Of a DNA stretch of 64,000 bases, positions 9,132 to 21,702 are shown piece by piece. The translations under genes and the position numbers were made by a program. The stretch lies in assembly GCA_051859245.1 (NCBI GenBank), contig JBHYGA010000009.1:38767-102766 (forward strand), read 5' to 3'. Under the pieces are notes generated by a model. That model was not told the origin of the DNA and ran no database searches. It saw only the letters and a list, made by a program, of their open reading frames with translations. Each line of letters starts with the position of its first letter. Within the stretch, counting starts at the first letter, position 1. The DNA comes from Gemmatimonadaceae bacterium. Its GTDB lineage: Bacteria > Gemmatimonadota > Gemmatimonadetes > Gemmatimonadales > Gemmatimonadaceae.

Positions 9132-10982
9132 ATGCAAGATCGTCGAGCGTTGCAGCACGGTTTTGTGGCGGTCATGCGCTCTGGCGCCTCCAGAGCATCT
9201 GGTTTGTCGGTTGACACCGATGTTCATCATGTGTTTACGAGTGAGACGGGGTGCACCGTCAGTTTTGCGTGCGCACTCCAGCCTGCGCGTTCAGCGGTTT
9301 ACGAGATTGGTGCGCTGCGCGTGTTTGTGGAGGGCGACATCGGCGTGCACCGGCTTGTTGAAAGCCTCGAAACACGACCGCAGAAGGATGTGCCTGACGC
9401 GGATCAACTGCTCCGTCTGGCACGCGAGGTGGGTCAGGCTGCCATCTGCGTTTTCGACTCGCAGAGTCTGCAATGCACCATCGCTCCCGGGCACCTAGGC
9501 GGCGTCCCGGTCTTCTATCACCTCGATAATACTGGGTGCGTGGCGACCACGGTTTCTAGGTGGGCCGCGCCCCAGAATGCCCAGGCTGACCTTGCAGGAG
9601 TCGTGGGCTTTCTTCGCGACGCGCAGCTTACCGGAACGCGTACCATGACGATGGGCGTGAAGCAGTTAGTCGCCGGTCAGCGACTGGTGCTTCACGGACG
9701 GGACTGCACTGCGCAGGTTGAACGAGACTCGAACATGTGGTGGTCACGGCCCGCACAGATCAAAAGCAGAGATCTCAGAGATAGGGAAGAGGAACTCTGG
9801 CAAGCAATGACCTCGACGGTTTCCGAGGGAGTATCAAGCTCTGGAAACGTTGGCATCCTAATGTCCGGCGGTTGGGACTCGAGAACGGTACTGGGCGCAG
9901 TGGCTGACACGGTTCGTGCCGAGCGAGCCATCGCTTTGTGTCACGGTGACCTCGACAGCGCCGAGTTGGCGATCGCGAGAAATCTTTCGGCAGCCGTTGG
10001 GGCGCAGTTCATCGCCCGCGAGATAGCACTATCTGACTATCACTCTCTTGGTGAGCTCTACGCGAGTGTAGGAACGTCCATCTTTCCCTACTGGCGAACG
10101 GCGTCGGAGATTCTGGCTCAGCACGGCGCGGATGTAAGCACTAGTGGAGTCTACGGTGAAATTTTAGGAGGCCGTCTCAGTCCGAAGTTTTTCCTGAGAA
10201 ACGGTGTCACGCGACTTGACGAAGTGCGAAGTTTATTTGCGCTTTTTCCGGCTGCGCTGCTCGAGGGGCCACTCCATCGCCCTAACTTTACCCTCGCGCA
10301 CGTGCCTCTTCCATGGGTGTTGCGCGCAGAGCTTCGCTCGGAAATGGAAATGGTCAAGGAGTCGTTAAACGCCGACACCAACGGGCTGCTCGATCACATT
10401 GAGTCGTACGACACGTCCGGACTGAATGCCGTTGAGGTATTCGTATCCCTCACGCGGCGTGGCGGGTACACGAACGGTCAGGCAAGAACTCTGCGATCGG
10501 CACTGCCCACCTTCGATGTTGTTTCCCCAGAGCGAACGCTTCGGTTGATTAACGCGATACCCTTTCATTCAAGACACAACAACTCACTGAACAGACGACT
10601 TCTTCAAAGACACCAACCTGCCCTGCTCAGGGAGAGAGTCGCGGCAAGCCTTTTGCCCGCTCGCTACCCAATTCACATGCAGCAGAGTGCGCGACTGGTT
10701 CGCAAAGTGGCCGGCAATGTCGCAGCAGCAGTTGCCAGGCGAACGAATCGTGATGTCCCGAAAACTTTGCGGACCGGATGGGTAAACTTTGGGTTTCTCC
10801 ACCGGTCCGGATTGCTATCGCAGATTGTGGAATCACTGCGATCCGACATTTGGGACCGAGATGCAATGAGAACGGTCGTCACGCGCAGTGATGCGCAAGC
10901 TGTTCCCGGCAACCTTCACTCATTGGCTGACATGTTGCTGAAGGTTTACGACGTAGACCAGTGGATCAGCCGAGCGGAATGA
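9132..10982 (+). CDS. Asparagine synthase-related (AsnB-like) ATP-dependent amide ligase
   Basis: GGVPVFY and GVKQLVAGQ (GATase-like fold remnants), ILMSGGWDSR PP-loop, SGVYGEILGG. Confidence 0.72.
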   Translation: MQDRRALQHGFVAVMRSGASRASGLSVDTDVHHVFTSETGCTVSFACALQPARSAVYEIGALRVFVEGDIGVHRLVESLETRPQKDVPDADQLLRLAREVGQAAICVFDSQSLQCTIAPGHLGGVPVFYHLDNTGCVATTVSRWAAPQNAQADLAGVVGFLRDAQLTGTRTMTMGVKQLVAGQRLVLHGRDCTAQVERDSNMWWSRPAQIKSRDLRDREEELWQAMTSTVSEGVSSSGNVGILMSGGWDSRTVLGAVADTVRAERAIALCHGDLDSAELAIARNLSAAVGAQFIAREIALSDYHSLGELYASVGTSIFPYWRTASEILAQHGADVSTSGVYGEILGGRLSPKFFLRNGVTRLDEVRSLFALFPAALLEGPLHRPNFTLAHVPLPWVLRAELRSEMEMVKESLNADTNGLLDHIESYDTSGLNAVEVFVSLTRRGGYTNGQARTLRSALPTFDVVSPERTLRLINAIPFHSRHNNSLNRRLLQRHQPALLRERVAASLLPARYPIHMQQSARLVRKVAGNVAAAVARRTNRDVPKTLRTGWVNFGFLHRSGLLSQIVESLRSDIWDRDAMRTVVTRSDAQAVPGNLHSLADMLLKVYDVDQWISRAE

Positions 10983-12228
10983 AGTAGCGTAGCTTGCCGG
11001 AGGGCGAAAGTGGAATGTCATCGACCACTTGTACATCCACGCTGATCTGGTCATCGAGCGCCTCGCGAAGCCCCCGGGCGACCTGATTGGTATTCACAGC
11101 TGCGCCTGAACGCACAATCATTCGTACCACCAGGTCTGTCGCTGAGGTTTGCTCACCCTGAAAGCGCAGCACTTCAGTTGGCATGTTGTACGCGAGTATT
11201 GCGTCGTAAACAAGCTTGCCTGTTGGGAGTACGATCCAACTGTCTACACGCCCGAGCATGTCTGAAAGGACGGGGAGGGTCCGCCCGCACCGGCACGGCG
11301 AAGCAGGTTGGTGAAGTATCCCGCGATCACCCAACAGCAGCCGGTCAAACGTGAACGCCGAAGGAAACAGATCCGTAACCGCCAGTGCTGCGGGCGAATC
11401 GCAAACTGGTCGGCCGGCTTCGTCGAGAGACTCGATTATGGCCGCCCCTGGCATCGTATGCATAGAGCCCGCGGTACACTCAAATGCGAGCAGGCCAACC
11501 TCCGTGCACCCGTATTCATTGACAATCGGTGCACCGAAAAAATCGCCAAGTTGGGCTCTCGCTACGTCCGTAAGCATCTCGCCCGTCATTACCACGGCCT
11601 TGAGATTAAGCGCTCTGCCGTCGAGTCCGTGGTCGACGCAGTGTTGCACGAATGCTGATGTAAGACTTGGGTAGCCATAGATCCATGTAGCGCCAAATGA
11701 CCTAAGTTTCCCGAAGTACTTTAGGGATTCCTCTGCGGACACGTTGAAGGCGTTATACCGAGATCGCGATAAAACCCAGTCGCTAACCTTTTTCCGCAAC
11801 CGTGCCCGGCCCTGGAACGGACGCCCCCAGAGCACGCCGTGCCTGTCGCCCGGAGTGATGTCGTACCAGGAATACGCGGCCCACATGACGGCATCCATCC
11901 GCCGCAACATTTCTTTGGATCGAGGAAACCGAAACGGCATACCTGAAGAACCGCTTGTTTTACGCAGTACATTGCCGCTAACGCGATCGCCCAGAGCCTC
12001 AATTGCTACTCTTGCCACAGGTTTTGAGGTTGGCGTCCAGAGAGATTGGCGGTCTGAACGCACACCAAACCGCGCCATTTCGCGTAATCGTCCCGCTACG
12101 TAGCTTTCGCGGTCGCCGGTATGGGCATCAAGCAACTCGCGAGCCTCCTTAACGAGCTGCGGCGTCAATCCTTCAGACACCCGAGCCGCCAGATAATAGA
12201 CTGACCGTGCAGTGAAGTGGCGAATCAT
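10966..12228 (-). CDS. Phenylacetate-CoA ligase family / CapK-like protein
   Basis: KTSGSSG, YGYPS, TGEML, EYGCTE, GDRG, CRCGR, GRVD, SGKLRY. Start ATG 12228 inferred. Confidence 0.85.
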   Translation of the reverse strand: MIRHFTARSVYYLAARVSEGLTPQLVKEARELLDAHTGDRESYVAGRLREMARFGVRSDRQSLWTPTSKPVARVAIEALGDRVSGNVLRKTSGSSGMPFRFPRSKEMLRRMDAVMWAAYSWYDITPGDRHGVLWGRPFQGRARLRKKVSDWVLSRSRYNAFNVSAEESLKYFGKLRSFGATWIYGYPSLTSAFVQHCVDHGLDGRALNLKAVVMTGEMLTDVARAQLGDFFGAPIVNEYGCTEVGLLAFECTAGSMHTMPGAAIIESLDEAGRPVCDSPAALAVTDLFPSAFTFDRLLLGDRGILHQPASPCRCGRTLPVLSDMLGRVDSWIVLPTGKLVYDAILAYNMPTEVLRFQGEQTSATDLVVRMIVRSGAAVNTNQVARGLREALDDQISVDVQVVDDIPLSPSGKLRYFIPLG

Positions 12229-12399
12229 GTTGCAAGAAAGAATGAACGGCGCGACTGCGCCACCTCGAACGATTGCGACCTCTGCGTTCCGACTGCTTGT
12301 GAGATTACCTTCGCGAACATTGTTTGCTCCGGCAGTCGAAAGCAAATGTTCCGATCTGCCCGCCGGGGCCTGGATGTACGACTAATCGCGTAGGGAAAG

Positions 12400-13590
12400 A
12401 TGGAACACGCACCGCTGCCACTTTACGCGCTCTTTTCACGACGTCGTCCCGTTGACCGTGCCATTACTCGTCTCATGTGGAGACGGATGAGCACGCTTAA
12501 ACTTAAGTCTGGTTTTGTTGTAGGCAGCGTCGTTTGGCCTGCCATTGCGGCCTACCGAGCCTTTCGCCTCACCCGGCACCGTAATCGCGCATTCCGGGGC
12601 GAGCTACAACGACACCCCCTCCTGCAGTGGTTCGATCAACTGCGTTTGGCGGCGTTCTACGGCAAACCGCCACATATCTACTATCGCTACCGCTTGTACG
12701 AGCGATCGCGTATGCGAGAGGCGCTGGATTTCGTCACGCCACAGGAGTTCCGAGGCGTAGTGGATGCCACCTGTGATGAGGCAACCCTAGAGTTGTTTCG
12801 TGATAAGGCAAAGTTCGAGGCTGCCTGCTCCGCCAGAGGCCTGCCTGCGGTTGGCACACTGCGTGTGATTCGCGGACAGTCAATGGTGGTTCGCGACGGC
12901 ACTGAAAACGGCACGCTACCGCTGCGCAACCTATTTGTGAAACCTCTGGACGGCATTGGAGGCAGGGGCGCTCAGGCGTGGGTTTTCGAGAACGCACAGT
13001 TTCGCAATCTTCTCACCGGTGAGACCCGATCGCCCGAGCAACTACTTGTGGAACTGCGCTCAGCGTCCCGTGATCAGCCGTACATCGTTCAGCCACTACT
13101 GCGAAACGCTGCGGCGATTCGCAGTTCACTCGGCGACACGGCCTTGGCGACCGTTCGCGTTTTCACTATCAGTGTGGCCAAAGGCGGCGCTGAAGCCGCC
13201 TATGCGATGTTCAAGATCCCCGCACAGAACTCCGTCGTCGATAACATCGGCTCAGGAGGAATCGGCTGCTCGGTGGATTTGAAGACGGGCAGACTGGAAG
13301 AGGGATTTTCTCGAGAAAAGTTGGGCGTCGTGACCGTCGACCCCGCGACCGGCGTTCCACTTAAAAAAGTTGTTTTGCCTCACTGGCTCGAAGTTGTTCG
13401 ATTGGCTGTGGAAGCGCACAACTCACTCGGGAAGCTCGCGTTTGCTGGCTGGGACATTGGCATCCTGGACGAGGGAGCGATGCTTGTAGAAGGCAACACC
13501 TTTCCGTCTGTTGAAGCCATTCAGCAAGCATTTGGGCCGCTGGTCTCCAACGATCTATTTCTCAGTGTTTTCCGGGAACAATCTCTGTGA
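12400..13590 (+). CDS. Sugar-transfer-associated ATP-grasp domain protein (copy 3, divergent)
   Basis: FRDKAKF, FVKPLDGIGGRG, YIVQP, ATVRVFT, DNIGSGG, GWDIGI..LVEGN. Confidence 0.8.
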   Translation: MEHAPLPLYALFSRRRPVDRAITRLMWRRMSTLKLKSGFVVGSVVWPAIAAYRAFRLTRHRNRAFRGELQRHPLLQWFDQLRLAAFYGKPPHIYYRYRLYERSRMREALDFVTPQEFRGVVDATCDEATLELFRDKAKFEAACSARGLPAVGTLRVIRGQSMVVRDGTENGTLPLRNLFVKPLDGIGGRGAQAWVFENAQFRNLLTGETRSPEQLLVELRSASRDQPYIVQPLLRNAAAIRSSLGDTALATVRVFTISVAKGGAEAAYAMFKIPAQNSVVDNIGSGGIGCSVDLKTGRLEEGFSREKLGVVTVDPATGVPLKKVVLPHWLEVVRLAVEAHNSLGKLAFAGWDIGILDEGAMLVEGNTFPSVEAIQQAFGPLVSNDLFLSVFREQSL

Positions 13591-13609
13591 GCGTAGCCCT
13601 CGAGCGCGC

Positions 13610-15430
13610 TTACGGCCAGCCTGGATTCTTGTCATAAGCCTTGAAGTCGTCGATGTAGAATACCGTCTCCTCACTGTAACCGGAGTTGGCCCAACCCATC
13701 AAGTAGCCATTTCTCAAATAGTTATTGCCATCGGACGTCCACATCGCCCACTTCTGCGTGCGCCACTTGAGGGTGTTGCCAAACCACGCCTCGTACACAC
13801 CATCAAGGCTCGTGGGCCCGCTCGAACGACGAAAGTGAATGCGAACCCGTTGCCAGGTTCCACGCATTGACGGGGTCAGGAATTCACGACTCATGAAAGC
13901 GTCTTTACGGATTCCTCCTGCGGAGTTTCCGTCGATCTTTGCGAGCACCCTCGCTAGATTTGCCGTGTCGTTAATACGTTCGAATTCAGTCCCTACGAGC
14001 AGATTTGCACCAACGTTCGATTCGGCGAACAGCATAATGAACTTGTTGTTCGCAGGCAGATCTTTACGGACGAAGAAGTTTGTTGGCACAAATAAGTAGT
14101 ATTCGAGCCAGAGCTCATGCACGTTCCTGCCCAGATCAAAGCGCTGCTCCGAGGTTGCATCTTTCCCGACAGGCGTTGCTTTGTACGTAAAGCGCATTGC
14201 ATGCGATCCACTGTATCCACGGTCGTTGTGAACGCGGGTATCGTGCCCGCCTGCCCAATGGAACCCATTCGCGTCGCGCAGTTTCCCTGACTCAAAGTCA
14301 TCGCTGAAGAAGGGCGCGGCACCAGTGCCGCCAGTCGGTGGCGGTGTCGTGGGTGGCGGTGTCGTGGGTGGCGGTGTCGTGGGTGGCGGTGTCGTGGGCG
14401 GCGGCGTCGTGGTCGGCGGCGTCGTGGTCGGCGGCGTCGTGGTCGGCGGCGTCGTGGTCGGCGGCGTGGTCGGCGGCGGCGTCTCGGGGTTCGAAACCAC
14501 CGTTGTCACATTCACGAATGCCGTATCGCGCAAGACCCCACCCACGTGTTCAAGAATCACCCGGTAGGCGCCAGGCGTTTGTGGGGCGGTGAATACACCA
14601 AGAGGAGATACAACACCGCTCGAGGCAGTGTATGCAACTGGAGGCAGGGCTGTGGTGCCAGTGCTCCACGTTGCTTGCGCACTGAAGGTGCGAGTCTCGC
14701 CCGGAGCTACCGTGACGGTTTTCGGGCTGATCTTTAGCGATGTGAGTTGGGCGGGCGCCGAGCCCACCGATGCGTACGCTGTGTCAGCGAGTCCACACGC
14801 GCAGCTCGCAATGATCATGAAGGTGCCTGAGACCTGGCCAGCAGAATAGAATCCCATTTCAGATACGTCCCCACCAGTTGTCTGATACTCAACTTCAATC
14901 GGTCGATCAACAAAGTCTGACCACGTTACCGAGGTGGTGTACTGACGTACCCCACCCAGTGGCAACGGAACTCCGTACCGGGGTGAGATAGTAAGCGCTG
15001 TGACCCGAGGCGAGGAAGAAACCGGATCAACCACGATCACAGTGGCATTTGTGGACTCGCCCGCGAACGTCCCCGTCACCTCAGCCGTACCTGCCGATCG
15101 CGCCCTGATCTGACCGGTTGACGTAACCTCTGCGACCTCAGAATCGCTGCTCGAATATCGGACAAATCGCTGGTACTGGCGACTCGTTACCTCAAACTGC
15201 GCCGTCCACCCCACTTCCAAACGGTATGTGAAGGCGCCGGCACTTGCGGTCACGGTGTTCGAGCCAACTCGCGATGTGCGCGAGGCTGACGCTTCAATGG
15301 AGGGCAGCGACACGGCTGACTCAGCAAGGTTCGGAGCGAGCTCCGCCGGCGGAAGCGGTAAATCAGAGGCGCACGCTAGCGTAAGCAGTAGGGGAGCGAG
15401 CAGCGAGCCGCGCAAGACGAACTGATTCAT
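13610..15430 (-). CDS. Secreted lipoprotein: Ig-like (Big_2) repeats, Pro/Thr linker and C-terminal polysaccharide-lyase-like beta-sandwich
   Basis: Lipobox LTLAC. YSSSDSEVAEVTSTGQIRARSAGTAEVT Ig motif. PT repeat. Aromatic-rich C-domain starting FFSDDFESG and ending FYIDDFK. Lyase call is by resemblance only. Confidence 0.65.
   Translation of the reverse strand: MNQFVLRGSLLAPLLLTLACASDLPLPPAELAPNLAESAVSLPSIEASASRTSRVGSNTVTASAGAFTYRLEVGWTAQFEVTSRQYQRFVRYSSSDSEVAEVTSTGQIRARSAGTAEVTGTFAGESTNATVIVVDPVSSSPRVTALTISPRYGVPLPLGGVRQYTTSVTWSDFVDRPIEVEYQTTGGDVSEMGFYSAGQVSGTFMIIASCACGLADTAYASVGSAPAQLTSLKISPKTVTVAPGETRTFSAQATWSTGTTALPPVAYTASSGVVSPLGVFTAPQTPGAYRVILEHVGGVLRDTAFVNVTTVVSNPETPPPTTPPTTTPPTTTPPTTTPPTTTPPPTTPPPTTPPPTTPPPTTPPPTGGTGAAPFFSDDFESGKLRDANGFHWAGGHDTRVHNDRGYSGSHAMRFTYKATPVGKDATSEQRFDLGRNVHELWLEYYLFVPTNFFVRKDLPANNKFIMLFAESNVGANLLVGTEFERINDTANLARVLAKIDGNSAGGIRKDAFMSREFLTPSMRGTWQRVRIHFRRSSGPTSLDGVYEAWFGNTLKWRTQKWAMWTSDGNNYLRNGYLMGWANSGYSEETVFYIDDFKAYDKNPGWP
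14337..14483. repeat. 15-bp tandem repeat encoding the Pro/Thr linker
   Basis: 4x GGTGGCGGTGTCGTG (14337-14396), 1 hybrid unit, 3x GTCGGCGGCGTCGTG (14412-14456), then degenerate units. Confidence 0.95.
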
Positions 15431-15664
15431 GAGAGGGAAAGACCTGGAGACTACGAGCGATAACCAAGGCGAGCATCAATTCACCTCACGGCGCCGAAAG
15501 GTGTGGCTCATTCTGAAACAGAGACGGCATCAGCAGCGGGAGAGTAACCGTTCCACTGTGCCGAGAATGTGACGGTCGTCGCCCTCAGCGATCAAATCTG
15601 TCAGAAATTGCTACTTTTGATCAGGATGTGACGCATCCTTCCGAGCGAGTGATACTTGGCCCAG

Positions 15665-16186
15665 TTAACGGTCGGCCGAGACCAGCAGCACGTCGTCAGA
15701 GTTTTCAGCGCGACGGCGACTTTCCCCCCGACTTGGCGAGACATCCAGGTCACGCGCGGCTCGCCAGAGGCCAAGGCCGAGTGACAGCGCAGCGAGCGAC
15801 GAAAGCAGGCCCTTCAGGATTGCCACGTACGTGTTGTTCCTCAGCGAACCGCGCACACTCGACTGCGCCATCTGCTGCACGTCCTGACCATCCAGAAAGA
15901 ACAGCGCGATCGTGGGGAGCAGCGCCATCCCAACCAACATCGCGATCGCCGCCACCGCCTTGAGGATGCCGGTTTCTTCCGTCGCCCATGCCACCAGTCC
16001 GGCAATCAGCAACCCCAACAGCACCAGCGTGATGGAGTTGATGATCGCGAGCTCCGTCTGGAAGCGCCACTGGGCAAGGTGCAGCTGCAGCGGCCACATG
16101 CGAACGGCCAGTTCGAGCGCGGGAGAAACGATAAGCGCCAGCGACAATGGATACAGCAGGCGCAGATTGCTTGGCGAAGCCAACAT
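15665..16186 (-). CDS. Hypothetical four-TM membrane protein
   Basis: 173 aa with four hydrophobic helices and a charged C-tail. Fills the intergenic space. Confidence 0.75.
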   Translation of the reverse strand: MLASPSNLRLLYPLSLALIVSPALELAVRMWPLQLHLAQWRFQTELAIINSITLVLLGLLIAGLVAWATEETGILKAVAAIAMLVGMALLPTIALFFLDGQDVQQMAQSSVRGSLRNNTYVAILKGLLSSLAALSLGLGLWRAARDLDVSPSRGESRRRAENSDDVLLVSADR

Positions 16187-16294
16187 GGGGAGGATACGAG
16201 TGGAAGGGTGTGAAATCAGCTCAAAACATCTACGCGCACAAACTCACGCTATCTCTCAAGCTGCAATCGCGCAAATACCGCGCCAGCGGAACTC

Positions 16295-16941
16295 CTATTG
16301 ACTGCCGCTCATGAGACGCACCCAGGCTTCGCTGGCCCGTTGGACCCGGACAAAAGCGCGCCGGGTTGCCTCCACGCCCAGGCCGTACGGATCCGGAATG
16401 ATGCGACGCGGTATCTCCGAGCTCTGACCGGCGCTGACGGCCTGCTCGCTGCCGGCGCGGAATACATCGCCGACCAGAAACACCTGCTCGCCTGCCACAT
16501 GCGGCGCCGCACGGGCCATTGCCGCGTTGTGGAGATCCATACAGATCAGCACATCGTGCGCACGCACAGCCAGTCCGCGCAGCGGCGTAGACCGATGATG
16601 TGTCAGATCTACGCCGAACTCAGCCGCAACTGTCACGGCATCAGCGTCCGCCTCTGACCCGAGACTCGCATGCGTGCCCGAGCTCAGTATCTCGCGGCGA
16701 AAGTTGGGGTGCATTGACCTGATGTAGGCTTCAGCAAACGCGCTGCGCATGATGTTGCCGTGGCAAATGAAGACGACCCGTGCTTCCGGGTGCGCTACGG
16801 CCGCCCGCACACGTGAGCGAAGCACGTTGGCCGATTCGAGGTTCACCCGGAGCACCTCAAGCAGCTCACGGAGCGACAACGACCCGACGAGTCGCCGGAC
16901 CCGACCAATCCGTTTGCGCGCATCGTGAGCGAGTGAGGGTG

Positions 16942-16945
<4 letters not shown>
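16295..16945 (-). CDS. Low-molecular-weight protein-tyrosine phosphatase family (Wzb/ArsC-like)
   Basis: [17 protein letters not shown]-loop, SSGTH, IPDPYG. GTG start overlaps the metH stop. Confidence 0.82.
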
Positions 16946-20567
<3,622 letters not shown>

Positions 20568-20571
<4 letters not shown>

Positions 20572-21557
20572 CTCCACCCCAAGGCAGACATTTCGTGGAG
20601 CGTTTTCTTCACACCTTCTGCAGGCAGCGTTGGCTGGTGGTGATAGCCTGCGTCGCGCACTTTGCTCATGTCGGCCTGCGTGAAGTTCTGATATTGCGTG
20701 GCCAGCGATTCGGGCATGGGTACGAACTCGATATTGGGTGTCTCACCGCGAGCGGCAAAGTACGCCTGAATCATTTCAAGGAACGTGGAGGCCACACCAG
20801 TTCCCGCGTTGTAAATGCTGCTCGGCGCACGGTGTTCGGCAACCCAGCGCATCTCGTTAATCACGTCGCCCACCCAGACGAAATCGCGACGCTGTTCGCC
20901 GTCAGCGAAATCGGCGTGATTGCTGCGGAACAGCTGCACGCGCTTGAGGGACGCCATATCACGTTCGGCCTTCCAGATAATGCTGGCCATGCGGCCTTTG
21001 TGGGCCTCACGCGCACCGTACACGTTGAAGAACTTGAACCCCGCCCAGTGAGGAGGCGTTGAAGCCCCTGATGCGACCTGGTCAAGTACCCACGCGTCAA
21101 AGTCGTTCTTGCTTTTGCCGTACAGGTTGAGCGGCGTGAGTTGATCCGGCGTGGTGCGATCGCTGAAGCCCTGCGCACCATCACCATAGGTAGCGGCGCT
21201 GGACGCGTAGTAGAACGGAATGCTGTGCTCAGCACACCACCGCCAGAGCTGTTGCGACGCACCAATGTTCACGTGCAGCAGGTGATCCCAGTCGCGAGTG
21301 GTGGTGTCGGAGTTTGCGCCGAGGTGCCAGACGGCTTGCACTGTTGACGGTTTGATTGCACCGAGCACCGGCAATGGTTCGCCGGCCACAAACACCTCGG
21401 CCGCATTCATCAGCGGGTGTGCGTCGAGTCCGCTCAGGTTGCTCGCTTTCTGTTCGTCTGCCGGAAAGTCCACCAGCGCGAGCGCGTCACCGCGCGAGTT
21501 CAACTCATGTGCAAGATGAGCCCCGATAAAGCCGGCGGCGCCGGTAATAAGCTGCAT
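20568..21557 (-). CDS. hldD: ADP-L-glycero-D-manno-heptose 6-epimerase
   Basis: [61 protein letters not shown]. Confidence 0.9.
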
Positions 21558-21614
21558 AGAGTGTTCCGCGGGGTGGAGCAATTCGTGAGGCCGACGTGGC
21601 GCGGGACCCGTTCG

Positions 21615-21638
21615 CACCACTTCGTATATTAAGTGGTG
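21615..21638. promoter_or_regulatory. Perfect 8-bp inverted repeat around an AT-rich core in the divergent hldD / yitJ promoter region
   Basis: CACCACTT-cgtatatt-AAGTGGTG. The core reads TATATT on + and TAATAT on - (-10-like). Confidence 0.5.
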
Positions 21639-21702
21639 GGCCTGCTTCTCGGCTGCGCCCCTCAAGACAGTGCCTGTCTGTATTCATCGTCCAACGCTCC
21701 GC

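Noticed and set aside
15431..15664. Possible riboswitch or sigma54 promoter upstream of the Ig lipoprotein
   Set aside because: Only short hairpins. No recognisable c-di-GMP riboswitch or -24/-12 consensus.
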